Source: Epiperipatus broadwayi
Lineage: Eukaryota; Animalia; Onychophora
Assembly (NCBI GenBank): GCA_028023455.1
Contig: JAQFVV010000007.1
Location: 15,500,001 to 15,564,000 of the forward strand
Reading direction: 5' to 3'
DNA length: 64,000 bases
The translations under genes were made by a program, and so were the position numbers. The notes below the pieces were generated by a model. The model ran no database searches. It was not told the DNA's origin and was given only the letters and a program-made list of their open reading frames with translations. Shown in pieces: positions 10,823 to 24,007 of this stretch (position 1 is the stretch's first letter; each line of letters starts with the position of its first letter).

Positions 10823-11695
10823 ATCATCAACATCAACCATTATCAATCTGCAGCAGGATGAAGGTCTTTCCAGTTCAATCTATCTTCTCCAATGTTTAGC
10901 TTATCTTCTCCACATCATCCCTGCACACTTTCTTATTTCATTTATCCATCTCACATGTGGTCTCTTTCGTCTTTTACAATATCTTGGAATCCAGTTTAAG
11001 ATTTCAATTGTTCATCTATTATCATCTCTTTTAGCAATATGTCCTGCCCAACTCCATTTCAGTCTTTTAATTTTTCAATGATGTCAGTAACACCTGTTTG
11101 TTCTTTTACCCATATATTGTGTTTTCAATCTCTTCTTGTTACTCCTAACATGCATCTCTCCCTCCTTCTTTGGATGGTCTGAAGTCTCTATTGCTCTTCT
11201 ATTAAGTGTCCAAGTCTCAAGTCCATAAGTAAGAACTGGTAAAACACATTAAAAATTTTCCTTTTCAAACACATAGACATATTTTTTTTTAGTATCAAGT
11301 TATTTCTACTAAAAGCACTCCAACCATGTTTAATTCTATGATTAATTTTATCCATTATGTTTCCATCTGTATTAATAAGCTGACCAAGGTATTTGTGGTT
11401 GTTAATTTCCTCTAACTCATCATAATCTTTATTTTCATATTTTGAGAAAATCCATTAAACATTACTTTAGTCTTTTTAACATTTATCTTTAGTCCTATTC
11501 CTACTTTCATCTGATAACTCCTGCAACATTTCCTACAGCTCTAAAGCATTATTTACAAAAACAACTACATCATCTGCTAAATCTAAATGACTTAAATAAT
11601 CTCCATTTACTTTCACTTTTTTAGCTTCCCATTTTAATCCACAAAATGCTTCTTGCAGCACTGCTGTAAAAAGTTTAGAGATATGGAGTCATCCT
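10823..11695 (-). mobile_element. 5'-truncated RTE LINE copy with indels
   Basis: Colinear with 61777-62655; covers the RT FADD region to the 3' (GAT)n tail. Confidence 0.92.
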
Positions 11696-11903
11696 TAAGT
11701 GTGTAAATATATTAAAATCATTCACTTTATGTCTTTATTTTTTTTAATAATCTTATTAACACTTATAAAATATTATAATTTAGTTTGTGTTAATATTAGA
11801 TGTTAAATTCCATAATGATAATGAATTTTACTAGTTCAGTGTCTGCCTGTAATTCTATTTGGAAGGTAATAAACCCTATTCACTAGAGCTATACATAATA
11901 TTA

Positions 11904-11982
11904 AATGTTAAATGTGAGGATGCTCTCATTCTCAAAGTCTTTATCTCGTGGCTGAAATGAGAGTATTCTCACATTTAACATT
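11904..11982. repeat. Short inverted repeat
   Basis: aatgttaaatgtgaggatgctctcatt ... aatgagagtattctcacatttaacatt; related sequence at about 10722-10780. Confidence 0.7.
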
Positions 11983-12667
11983 GCTGATTGAGTATTAAAA
12001 ATGTTAAATTTAATTTAAAATTATATAAATATAACAATGTGTAATTAATTCATAAAAAAAAAAACATTTCAAGATACCCAATGATGTATATGACAGATTT
12101 TTTATTGTATAAGTTTGCCCCACATAAATGGTATTTTTCACTTTAAAAAAAAAGAAAAAGAAATTTAAACTTTGGAGCATCCTGTGTAAAACTGTCCATA
12201 TGAAATGCAGATTTCATCTAGGTAAAGGCTTCTGTGTTATTCCAGTTTATACAATAATTAATGTCTTTTATTAATTAAATCAACTTTTTTAAATTAATGC
12301 ATGATGCAAAAATGTTTTTTCTGCCCTTTTCACCTGGAAAATTGATAAATTGAGCATTGATTTTAATATAGCATTTCTGGTAGGTAAATAACTTTAGAAT
12401 CTATATTTCAGTTAAGTAAATAATGTTAGAATTTACATTCTAGTGTATGCGATAATTGAAGATTTATTTATTGATTGTTTAAATAAAGTTTTTGAATTAT
12501 AAAATTTTTTTTTGCTTCGAATTAGCTTTATGATTGATATCTTGAATATTAGGGTGCAATAACAATTTGCAAAAGTCAAAACCCACAATTTTGTGCATTT
12601 CATTGGTTTTAAACAATTTCATATTTATTTCAGAGCACATGGCTAGAATTGATGGAGAAACTTGGAT

Positions 12668-12792
12668 AAAATAGAGTGTAGATATTTTATTTAAATACAG
12701 ATATAAACTTTAAATGAAATATACTTATAAAATAGAGTGTAGATATTTTATTTAAATACAGATATAAACTTTAAATGAAATATATTTATAAT
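12668..12792 (+). repeat. Tandem duplication of a ~62-bp unit
   Basis: taaaatagagtgtagatatttt..aaatacagatataaactttaaatgaaatata occurs twice in succession. Confidence 0.9.
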
Positions 12793-12947
12793 TCTTTTTA
12801 TATAGGTAAATAAAAATCCTGATTTTTAACTTCACCTTTGTATTTCAAACTTTGGAAAACATTAGCTTGATTTTAAATATCTACACGCCTTCCCCCCCTT
12901 TCACATTGATCAAAACTTCTATAAAATATGTGTAATATACTGAAAGT

Positions 12948-13294
12948 AGAAGTGTAAAGAGATGCATGTTGGGAGTAACAAGAAGAGATCGAAAACGCAA
13001 TATATGGATAAGAGAACAAACTGGTGTTACTGACCTCCTTGAAAAAAATTAAAAGACTGAAGTGGAGTTGGGCTGGAAATATTGCTAGAAGAGATTATTA
13101 TAGATGGACAATTGAAATCTTAAACTGGATTCCAAGAGATTGTAAAAGATCCAGAAAGAGATCACATGTGAGATGGATGGATGAAATAAGAAAGTATGCA
13201 GGGGTGATGTGGAGAAGAGAAGCTAAAGATTGGAGAAGATGGATTGGTGAGACCTTCATCCTGCAGCGGATTAATAATGGTTGATAATGATGAT
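12948..13294 (+). mobile_element. 5'-truncated RTE LINE copy
   Basis: ORF 13024-13284 [17 protein letters not shown]...ETFILQ matches the C-terminus of the 61777 ORF; tail gataatgatgat. Confidence 0.92.
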
Positions 13295-13314
13295 ATACTA
13301 AAAGTGAATAGTTT

Positions 13315-13568
13315 AAAGGAGTGATAAACTGTCAACTTGTGGAACTTAAGGTCTTCAGTTCAATTTCAGCTTTTGCATTTCTGGCAATGAATCTTTTTAT
13401 GAACTTCCAAGCAATAAAGCTGTCCAATTAATTATTTATATTGAGAGTGATACCCTGTGCAGTTTGGTGAAGTTGGTAAAGTGTCCAACTTGGGAGTTCC
13501 CAAGATTGATTCTGGCACTCTGAAGTCTGGTGCTCAAACTTCTTAAGAACTCCCAAGCAATAAATTCA
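13315..13568 (+). mobile_element. Head-to-tail pair of tRNA-derived SINE copies (about 13315-13428 and 13453-13568)
   Basis: Both end in ..ttatgaact(t/c)ccaagcaataaa; the second begins ccctgtgcagtttggtgaagttgg. Confidence 0.65.
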
Positions 13569-15189
13569 TATGCATTTATTTTAGTAAGAGAGATAATTTT
13601 TTATAGTAATCATGTTTAGGGTTAGTAGTGATTAGTAGAAATATGATTAAAGTTGATGCTTTCTATTGAACTAATACATGCAAATTGATAATATGGCAAT
13701 GATTAAAAAACTTTACTTATTATATATGTATCAGGGTCTATGGTAAATGTATCAGGGTGTTTAGTAATTTTGACAATGATAATATAAATGCTCTAATTAA
13801 TGAAAGAGAATTGAAATTTATTTATGGAAAGAGAAAAGAAAAATAATAAGAGATTGTTCTGTTGTGTTAAAACAAAGTTAGCAAATTATTAAAATAAATA
13901 TTAAACAATATGTAAAAGACTTAGATTCAAATCTTTAATAAATCTGAAACTAAACCCCCAATGCAAACATAAAATTCTGATTAAATAAGAATGCTGAAAT
14001 TACTGACATAAAATAGAAATAAATTAATAAAAATAAATAATTTCATTTTTTATGATAATTAAAGAAATCATCAAAATAAATTATTAGTGCAATAAGAATG
14101 GTAGATTTATTAGAAAACAATAAGATAAATCAATTAAAGGGTTAAAGTGTTTATAAAACAAACAGAACATTAAAAGGTAACTTGATTATGTCAACTGAAC
14201 AGTATATAAGAAGAAAGATATCCGAAAGTTAATTAATTCATAATTTGAATAGCAAAATTGCTCTGGGATTTTGAAGTTTTCTAGCAGAGATATTCTAAGT
14301 TAAAGTATTCTGAGTTATTCTAAATATTTCAACAATTGACTTTATGTCATGATCAAAGAAATGCACCCCAGTAGAACCCAAAGGTGCGCTATTTTAATCC
14401 TTGAGGAAGTCAGCTAATAACTTGTAGTTATGAAAGTTAATAAACTTTAATGGGATATCTTCTCTTGAGCTGTATATAGTTTTTTTTTTTTTTTTGACCT
14501 GGGAATCAACCTGACTAGAATCTTTGTTGACCTGCCAACTAATCATTTTCAATAAAGAAGCTGATCTATATCCATCAATCTAAAAGCCTCACAATTTCCA
14601 ATTGTTAAAATATTGTTGTATAATGCAGTTATATGTCACTTAACAAGAATACAAATAAAGAAAAATCTAAGGCAGCTAGCATGTACTGTTTTAAAAAAAC
14701 ATTTTTGTTGATGTATTGGTGCACAAAACTAATGCAATATTATTTGTGTATTTTATATTTGTTGGAAGACCTAAAATATTTTCATTAACTATAATTTAAA
14801 ACTTGGTAATCTTAAATATTACATTAATATATCAATAACTACTGTCCTTTGAGACAAGACATTATCTTAGATTATCAAAAATTGAAATACATTAAACCAG
14901 CGCATTGAAATCATTTATTGAATGTTAATCTAAATATCAAATTATTATACAGTACTTTGTTTTTTATTTTCTTAACAGACAATGTTTGGATTGCTATATA
15001 TCAATTTGTTTTGTATTATATATAATTTGTGATATTAAATTATTTATTACCTGTCATATTTAACTTATTGCGATTTAATTAATTATATATTATCATTAAA
15101 CTATTGTTACAAGATACCTTTATTTTTTTTTAATTTCTGTTCATACGTATTTTATATATGTGAGGATATCTGCTCATTGATATGAAAAA

Positions 15190-15400
15190 AAAGTTCTCTG
15201 TTAATATCTGTGGGTATCTAAATGGAAAAAAAAGGGATCGAGACATAGGGTTTAATTTCATATGGAATTAAACAATATGGTGTTATAGGTGATACTCTTG
15301 TAGAAGAATTATGGATAGTCCATGAGATTCAAACTATCTGTGGATATGTAAATGGACAAAAAGAGATTGAGAAATAGGATTTAATACTGTATGGAGTCAG
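15190..15400 (+). repeat. Diverged direct duplication, period about 140 bp
   Basis: atctgtgggtatctaaatggaaaaaaaagggatcgagacatagggtttaat versus atctgtggatatgtaaatggacaaaaagagattgagaaataggatttaat. Confidence 0.7.
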
Positions 15401-16596
15401 CCAATATGATAGTCAGAGGATATTGAGTAATCCAAAATTTTCAAACTGGGTTTCTCATGTGTGAACCATTTAACAGAATTAGCCATTCTAACTGAAGTAT
15501 TAAGATAGTATCAAACCTCTACAACCTCATCTGTTGCAATATATATGTTTATGTGTAGCTTTATAAATGATGTGTGCATAGATGTTTTTTATATACATAC
15601 CTACACCTTTGGGCATGAATGTTATAAATATAATAAACTCTAATAAAAACAGTTAAGAAAGATTTAACATTAAAAGAAGCTTTTTTCTTCCTTCATTTCA
15701 TTTAAAATACGTATATATATAAATTACAAATAGTGAAAAATTGTCTTGATGCCAGAAATAAAAAAGGTTTTGCTAAGCTTATGATTTTAAAATCTTCAAC
15801 GTTTTGTTATTTTAAAAGAGTACAACATGTCAGGTTATATTTTTTAAAAGTCTGCAATCATAAAAACCCATTTGTACCTCAAGCAGAACACTGCTTAAAC
15901 ATTTCCACATTGTCAGTTTTTTTTTTTTAATTTTTAAAAACTATATATATAACTAGCCATTAGTCTTTCTATATTTTAAATATTTCTCTTCTCTTCAAAA
16001 TGCATCACGATCCTTAAAACTTTACTGGCACGTTTTAAAGTTTTTTATTTTTATGTTAGGATTTTTTTCATTTATTTTAATTTACATAAAACTTATTCTA
16101 CTGATATGTTCATAAAATTTTCTCTTGTGTTTTTTTTTTTTATATATGCGTGTATGTATTTGTGACCAACTTCAGTGCGTGCTACATTTCTCCATCCTTG
16201 GTCGAGGAATAGGGTGGATTCGAATCCCTCAAAATTGTTTTAAACTTAAAATTTTATTTTTATTTATCAGGTTTGGAGGTTTTTTTTTTTTTAAGAAAAT
16301 CTTTATCATTAATATACTTTTAAAAAAAATTATTTTTTTTTTAAAAAACGATATAAGCTTGTGTTACACTGTATGAATCTTTTTTTTTATGTATATGGTT
16401 TTGTATAATCTTTTCAGTTATTGGTTTATTTTTATCAATGAAATAAAAAAGTTTGTTAAAGGTTGATCACTAATACAAGAAAATTTATTATTCTTTCCTT
16501 ACTATTTCTAACAAAACAATTAAACAGAAGTTTAAGCATTGACGTTTGGAACCTAAATGCTTTGATTTCCTAATAAAACATCAACCTCAAAGCTTT

Positions 16597-16737
16597 ACAA
16601 ACCAAAGCTTTCTTTTTTTTTCTTTTTTCAAGTGTCATAGCATCGGCCGGGACGCGAACCCGCAACCCGGGCAACTGCTTGTAAAGCAGTCGTGCTGACC
16701 TCTCGACCACCAATGCAAGACAAACCAAAGCTTTCTT
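16597..16737 (-). mobile_element. Young tRNA-derived retrocopy/SINE with A-rich tail and 18-bp TSD
   Basis: acaaaccaaagctttctt at 16597-16614 and 16720-16737 flanks a tRNA-like head, a short ATGACACTTG trailer and an AAAAAAGAAAAAAA tail. Confidence 0.88.
16639..16716 (-). pseudogene. tRNA-Val(TAC)-like sequence with a 7-nt duplication in the T-arm region
   Basis: Acceptor stem GCATTGG/CCGATGC; anticodon arm ACTGC-TTTACAA-GCAGT; CCGGGTT GCGGGTT CGCGT CCCGG; flanked by TSD and tail, so retroposed rather than a native tRNA gene. Confidence 0.75.
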
Positions 16738-17315
16738 AGTTAGAAAAAACGACATTTGCAAATATTAATGCAATGTAAGAGGGAAGAGAAAACATTTGCT
16801 TATAACCAATCTTCTAGGTTAACCATGGAAAATAATCAAATAGGACAATTTTCTAAGATAAGATTGGCAGTGTTCATCTCTATATTCCCTTTGGTTTCCA
16901 AGGTGTTATTTTACATTTGACTCCACTGCTCTGGAAATAAAATTCCTTTTTATACAAATTGTTAAAACCAGGGATCCGGCCATGGCCCTTTTTGATAGTG
17001 TATTAGCCATTTGAAGCCCGATCCATCTTCCAACTGTATTGTTAACTTAAATTATATATGTTTATTTAATATTATTTGTCTTAGTAAAAATATTGCAGTT
17101 AATTTCTGTCATTATGTAATTTTTTTTATTTGACAATGTTATCGTGTAACTTTTTCGCTTTTTGTTTATTTAAGCAGATAGATGTGTATATATTAAAAAA
17201 GAAAATTTGCCGCATTTATCACTCTCAATACTCTAACTGTTGTTTATACTTAATAAAGTTTATTTTAGAACTAAAATAAATTTTATATTAAGAGAAAAGA
17301 ATGGTAAATACTATC

Positions 17316-18655
17316 GTGATGTGATGTGATGTATTTTGGCTTCTCCTTAAACGAAGTCAAGAATATCTCGACAATTATGCTTAGATAAACCTGTTAGCCA
17401 CTTTATTTTTCATTCCCCACCCTAAGTCTTCCCATATTCTGTCCCATCCCATTTCCACAACATAATCTTTGTCAACTCTATGGCCTTTATATCTAAATCC
17501 CCCTTATCTTTTCACAACCCTAGCATAAAAACCAATAACTCACTTTCTGTATAATCACATTGTTCATATCTATCCTCCCATAACTTCATTATCTGTATCC
17601 TTTCTGCTTTCAAGCATTTACATTCAATCAACAGGTGCCTAATATTTTCTATACCTTCCTTACACAATTTGCACACTAAATCACCCATAGTTTTCCATTT
17701 ACATGTATATTCTCTTGTTGCTAAAGATCCCATTCGAGCCTTAAACAATAAACTACTTCTTTACTATTATCATAAATTAACTTGCTTCCAATGTTCCATT
17801 TACTTCTATATATATATTTAAACTCTTCTTACTGTCCATACTAGTTCTCCATCTCTCCAACTCCCTATTTTTTATTAATGCTTCTATTCTTTTATCCCAT
17901 TTCTTACCACTATAACACTCAACAATCCTCCTAACACAATCATCCCACCTTTTATACAAGTATACTGATATAAATTCTTTATCCAAATCTTTTGCATACT
18001 GCATTACCTTTCTCACTCATCTTGTTACCTGCCTTTTACTCATAACCCAATTAAACACTATTTTGGCTATTCTTTTACTATCCATAAACTGCAACATTCC
18101 AATCATTTTTCTTTTACTTTTTGCTTCTCTCATATAAAAACTTGACCATCCCATTTCTCCTTGAATTGCCTCCTTTGCTATCCACATCTCTGCATCTAAT
18201 GCATGTCTTCCTACTTCCCTTTGTACTTTCTCTAAATAATTTAAAACCCTTTTACTAACACAATGCATCATTAGCATATATTAACCCTGCTACTGCAACT
18301 CACTTCCATACAATTCTAGCTATATCATATTTATTATATGAAAATACTGTTAATTTCTTTACCAAACCCTTTTTCTTTGCTTCATTTACCAATTTTTTCT
18401 CCCATTCATTCAAGCAATTTTCCTGATTACATAAGATGATTCCCAAATACCTATATATCTATCCACCACACTTAACTTTATATCCCCAATAAAATTCTAC
18501 ATCTTCTCTTTCCCCAGTATTAACCGTCATTTTATTTGATTTTTCTTCACTAAATTTAATTCCCATCTCTTTACCCACCTTTGCACATGTCCTCAACATA
18601 ATTTCCATATCTTCTCATCTTTCTGCACACAAAAAGATATCCACAAGAAAAAGAC
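17316..18655 (-). mobile_element. 5'-truncated decayed non-LTR retrotransposon (RT C-terminal half plus Cys/His knuckle), not of the RTE family
   Basis: Broken ORFs 18017-18277, 17777-18016 and 17512-17748 (LEKVQREVGRHAL..EAIQGEMGWSSF; CKLCKEGIENIRHLLIEC); remnant YLG block near 18445; (CACAT)n 3' tail at 17316-17333. Confidence 0.85.
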
Positions 18656-19739
18656 CCTACAAAATATCTAGTGCCCTCTATTGTAAGCTTTAGTAATTCT
18701 TGTTTACCAGGTACATATTAACTCTATTCTCAGAGCAATTTCCAGATATTCATCTTTGTCAATGATGATTGTAGTTCAAAATTGGAAGTGAATAGTCATG
18801 CATTCAGCAACTCACATGCTTTCAGAAACTCCCTTTAACAAACTAAAAAACCCGGAAATTCAAATCAAACTAAAGTTTGAATTAGTCCTATCTATTTGAA
18901 CAGTTATACGGATCTAAATTTAGTGGAATGTTAATAATAACAACAAATTACTTTCCCATGCTCTCTCTTGTATTTTACATAAATTTAGTTTCATTCTATA
19001 ATCCAACATCCACATTTTATAATATTAATTCAAAATTAATTTCATTAAAAGTTTTCCCTATTTTTAAAATAGAAGAGCATATTTCCATGAAATATAAAAT
19101 TAAGCCAAATAAATGAACTTCATTCTTTAAGCTTTTTTTAAATAATTGGCATAACACATATGCCTTGTATTACTGCTAAATAGCACATTAAAGGCAATAT
19201 TAATACCATATATTCAGATAAAACTTTGAAAATGTTAAATCTTGATGCTTTCCCAGTTCTTAACACTCAGAAAGGGCAACTGTTATATTTTCTATAAAAT
19301 AATAGTTAATCACATCACTAAAATGCATATATAAATTCTTCTGAGGGTCAGATAAAGAGAGACCATTTTGTTTGATTGACAGATGTATGAATTTGTATGA
19401 TATTTTAACATTGTTTGTGCAGTGATTGGAAGAGATCTTTGGTTTCAGTTGGCATATTATTTCCTACTGTATATTTCTAATATATATTTACATGTTTTGA
19501 GTACTTACAATTAGAATATATTATTTAATCCTTATAGTTATATGTATTAGTTTATTAGTATTACCTCTTCATGGATTAATAAATATAGTTATATTTATTA
19601 GTATCATCTCTCTGTGAATTAGTATAATGGTAATAATGTTAAAATTGGGAGCTAAAGAATTATCAAACCAAGAGTTAAAGATGTTTAAACCAATGTAGAA
19701 TGAAATTGGTGCTCAATTTATTATTTTAATTCTGTAACG

Positions 19740-20072
19740 TATTAACTGACCATGCATAAAGTTTTCAGACTATTCAACAAATTATGTATATTAGAAAAAA
19801 CAAGATGGGATCAAAGATAAAATACTTCAGTGAGATAATAAACAGGCATAATTCACAGCTTTGATAGAATTATGAGACTGAAATGGAACTGGTTTGGATA
19901 CTGTTAGAAGAGATGATAATAAATGCAAGGTCAAAATCATAAATTGTATTCCAAAAAATGGAATAAGAAAATCGTCATGTGGAAAAGAAAGACTATGAAA
20001 AGAGAAACTGAATTAAATTTGGAGGGACTTTCCTTCTGCAGTGAATCGGTAATGGTTAAAATTGATGATGAT
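19740..20072 (+). mobile_element. Degenerate RTE LINE 3' fragment
   Basis: agaattatgagactgaaatggaactgg ... ttccttctgcagtgaatcggtaatggtt..gatgatgat. Confidence 0.65.
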
Positions 20073-20879
20073 AATTACTATTACTAATTCACTATTAAAA
20101 AGTGGAGAAATTTATTTGTTTGTAAACTTTATTATTTTTAGTAAATGAATTCATATTTTATGAATTTTTTTTTTTTTTAGTCTGAGAAATCTTTACTCCC
20201 TTATAAAGTGTTTGTTAAAGCTTTTATATAATCAAACCAGAAAATAAAACTAAAAGTTAAAAAAAAAAAAAACCTTCATCAGAAATAACTTGGGTAGAAT
20301 TTTAATTAGTCTTGAATTTCACAAAAAATTACAGATTATTCCGTAGAATGTTGAATTATGCATTCAGACCACAAACAGAAGAGGTGTGTTGATCGGCAAC
20401 AGTATTTACAATTTCTCTTCTGAAAAGCTTTCAAAAGTACTGACAGAAATTAATCAAAATTCTCCATTTTAGTTGTTGTTGCAAAAAAAAAATTCTGGTT
20501 GAGGCAGTTTATGTTACACTTGTGAAGAAGCTTGCTAAATTGCAGGTGTGTGTCAATAGTTTTACTAATTTGTATTAAAAGTGAAAAAAAAATCCATTGC
20601 AATACGATAGTAGCACATTCATTTGGATTTAAATTTGGCCAAGTAAACGTGTTTTTTTTTTTTCAGGTAGTTGTCTTTATTTTATTTTTTTTATTTTTTA
20701 CATATAGCTCATCTAGCTAACTATCTTAATATCGGTCTGAAAATGAGTACTGTATTTAGTTATTTTTACAGTCTAATAAGAAATTATTTCTTTAGAAATG
20801 TTCTATGGAAAGAGGGGGTGTTGCAGATGTCTTTGCCCTGCGGTAGACTATTTAATCTCTGTTACATAAATGTTGGTTT

Positions 20880-20927
20880 CCAAATCTCGTTGATAAAGAC
20901 GAAAGCCAGAAACTAATTTGAGATTGG
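20880..20927 (+). ncRNA. Hammerhead-ribozyme relic (family A)
   Basis: CCAAATCTCG-TTGATAA-AGACGAAAGCCA-GAAA-CTAA-TT-TGAGATTGG; stem I pairing retained, core mutated. Confidence 0.45.
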
Positions 20928-22079
20928 AGATGTTAAATATTAAGATAATCATATGTGACATGGCGTAAGCAGAATGATCACGGAGATTGGGGAGGGGTTG
21001 TAAGTCAGTCGGAATAGTAAAGTGGTTCAATTCAATTGACTAAGTTGATATTTGTCCCACAACTTTTTTTTTTGAGTCGAATTATTTGTTAACTACTTTG
21101 GCGACATACACGTACAACTAAGCCAAACAGGAAATTGCTCACCACTTCATATATCATGACAATTAGTATCTATGATAATTGAAATGCATTTTTTTTTACT
21201 CATTGAATGTCTATTGCTAGTAGAGTCCCTGTATCTGATCTCTAGAAGATTTTACATAGGGTAAAGAAACACTGTAATTAGCATCACTTGAAACAAAAAT
21301 GTACTACTACTACTATCTTAAAAGTTTGTTAAAAGAATTTACATGATCCCCTCACATATAATTAAACTTTAGATATTCTAAATTCGTAAGTGTATGAGTC
21401 TACTTAAGAGAGTATACATATACATAGTAGTTTAGGCACTTAAATACATTAATTTTTTTCATATACATGGATGTAAATCTTTTTAATAAGTTTAATGGGT
21501 TGGCTATATTAAATGTAGACTGTATAGGACAAAGCCTTTTCCATTAATTTCCAAAGAGGAAATTATAGAAGAGAAAACAGTTCTTTACAGGTGAGTGAAG
21601 TGGATTGACTGCTTAAAGCAGTAATCTTAAGCTTATTTGTTACCCATTTTCAGTTTCATCTATCCAAATTTGAACTCAGTTATCAACTTGGCTAATTACT
21701 AAGCCATACTACTCATTTTGCATACAATGTATACAGTATGTGGTTTAAATATATATATAATAGTACCTATATAAAGAACAATCAAGTTGGAAAATGTTAC
21801 TAAGATAATTTGTAAGCCAGATTAATAAAGAGTCATTGAAATATACTTTAAAATAATGCCCACCTTTTCTTATATTAATGCCAGCCTATTTTTAGATTTA
21901 AAAAATGACCATTTCCTTATCTCACCTCCAATTTGATGTGTAACATAATATATATTTCCATCGAATGGTTCACACAGATTAAGAGGTTCATTTTCTGAGG
22001 TTATTCAAGTTCTTATTTTCTTTTGGTTTTCCACTTTCAAATAACAAAAAAAAAAGTTCTTCAAGTGCTCATTTTGCAG

Positions 22080-22136
22080 CATTAAACCTACTAAGTTTTG
22101 CATATAGGGAGGTCTATGCTTCTGAAGATTGTTCAG
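22080..22136 (+). other. Candidate internal exon (57 nt) of an unidentified transcript
   Basis: attttgcag acceptor and CAG/gtaaga donor, followed by a 76-nt intron-like segment ending cttttttcacag; open reading ALNLLSFAYREVYASEDCS; protein not recognised. Confidence 0.25.
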
Positions 22137-22687
22137 GTAAGAAGATCCTTATCAAAAGTTAGGAAATTCATGCTCTTTATTTGTATGTCCCTCTTATTTA
22201 CTTTTTTCACAGCCTAAGTTGCTGGATCAACTCTACATGTCAATCACCCATCTTCATTTAATTTAATAGTTGTGACTACATTTGACCTACTTAATCACTT
22301 TAAAATTTTTTAAATTATATCTACATCATTCAAACAGTGAGAATAATTAGCATGAACATTTTTGAATCTTGTTAACAGAATCAAAATACGTATTTAAACT
22401 AAAGAGACCAATTGACACAAAGGAAATAAATTTGTTGTGAGGAAAAGGATTCTATGAAAAACATTATTTATTACTTCTAGTGATGTTTGCATTGTTTTGA
22501 TTCTTCAAGCTCTCAAAATTTTGATTTATTCATTGTTTACATGCTCTGCATAACTAAGATCCATGGATTGTGAGCCAATTTTGACAATTTCAAAACCAAA
22601 ATTTTTTATAAAATCAAATCATGGGATTATTACTATTTAGTATTAGTAATAGTAGCAGTAGTAGTAATAGTTCTACTTAAACATTGT

Positions 22688-22941
22688 CTGGTTTAGCATA
22701 GTGGTGAAGTGATAGCCTCTGGGGCTCAAGATCATAAATCACAATTCCATTGTATTACTACTAGCACTTGAACTGCTTATGAACTCCTAAGTAATAAACC
22801 ATTTGCTTGTTATCATCTTCATTTATATCATCCTGTATAGTTTGGTGCTGTGGTGGAATCAGAGACTTTGGAGCTCAAGGTCCATGTCAATTTCAATGCT
22901 CAAACATCTTATGAATGCCTGAACAGTAAACTATTTGATTA
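22688..22941 (+). mobile_element. Head-to-tail pair of tRNA-derived SINE copies (about 22688-22808 and 22831-22941)
   Basis: Both show ..gctcaag(a/g)tc.. and end in ..ttatgaa..taaac.atttg. Confidence 0.7.
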
Positions 22942-24007
22942 TCTATTTTACTTTCACTGTTGTATAGCTACATGAATTTTGTTTATTACCCATCTATGAG
23001 AACTGCTTTTAAGGGTTCAACAGTAAGTTCTTAACAACATGTAATGCTTCTAGAGCATGATTTTCCCCACATGGACTATATTTTTACTTTGATAAAATCA
23101 TGAAAAATGGATAGCAACTATTTTGTTGTCAGCTCTTTTTGAACTATTCCATTATGTGGCAGTATGTTTTATCTTCAAAGTTTGTCTTCAATCCTCTCCT
23201 TGCCATATTCTTTGATAGCTCACAGGTTCTGTGTCATATGCACTTTTAATCATTTCAGCTTGCTCAATTTAATGTTATAACTCACAATCCAGATACATAT
23301 GTGTTTTAAAATTTTGTGGTGACTAGTTAAACTAATATATAATGTGTTGATCCAGAGATGGTGCTAAATGCACAGACAAACAATCACCACCCATCTTTTC
23401 ACTGGGACACATTGTGCATATATGCATAGCTACCAACTAGAAATTTGAAGGATTTTATCCAATAGCAATCAAAACTATTATCAAATGCGGTATATTATAG
23501 CCATCCAATAGTACTTCAATTTTAAATCACCTTCTTGATAGATTTATTTACTTTGTGCCGTAATTATTCATATATTTCCTTAGTTCCTATATTTCTATTT
23601 GATTCTATTAATGAGATTGAAGATTAAAAGTTTGGACTATTTATTTTCATTGGCTGAATAAATTTCTGAAATCTTCTCGTGAAAGTATATTTGCAAACAT
23701 TTGGATTATGTATGTATATATGCACGAATGGGATTTCATATAAGTGAACATATAAGTATGCTATCTATTAAAGTCAAAGTTATAAATTTAAGCAATAGAA
23801 TAGTTATAACTAAGCAAAAACATTTAAACATTTTAGAAATAGTTTATGATCATTTGCCATCCAATCCTTCCTTATACACAGTTTATTATACTTCTTTATA
23901 TGTGTGTATATATTAATATATATCAGTATTATCATATATGGGTTTATGTTTGGGTATATCAAAATGTGTGTACATATACTTGTGTAGGTGTTTGATACAT
24001 CATTCAC

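Noticed and set aside
12630-12675. Acceptor followed by HMARIDGETWIK
   Set aside because: More likely a tiny RTE remnant (GH.AR.D..RW) than a host exon; too short to call.
16185-16240. GGATTCGAATCC B-box-like palindrome
   Set aside because: No A box at a suitable distance and no cloverleaf.
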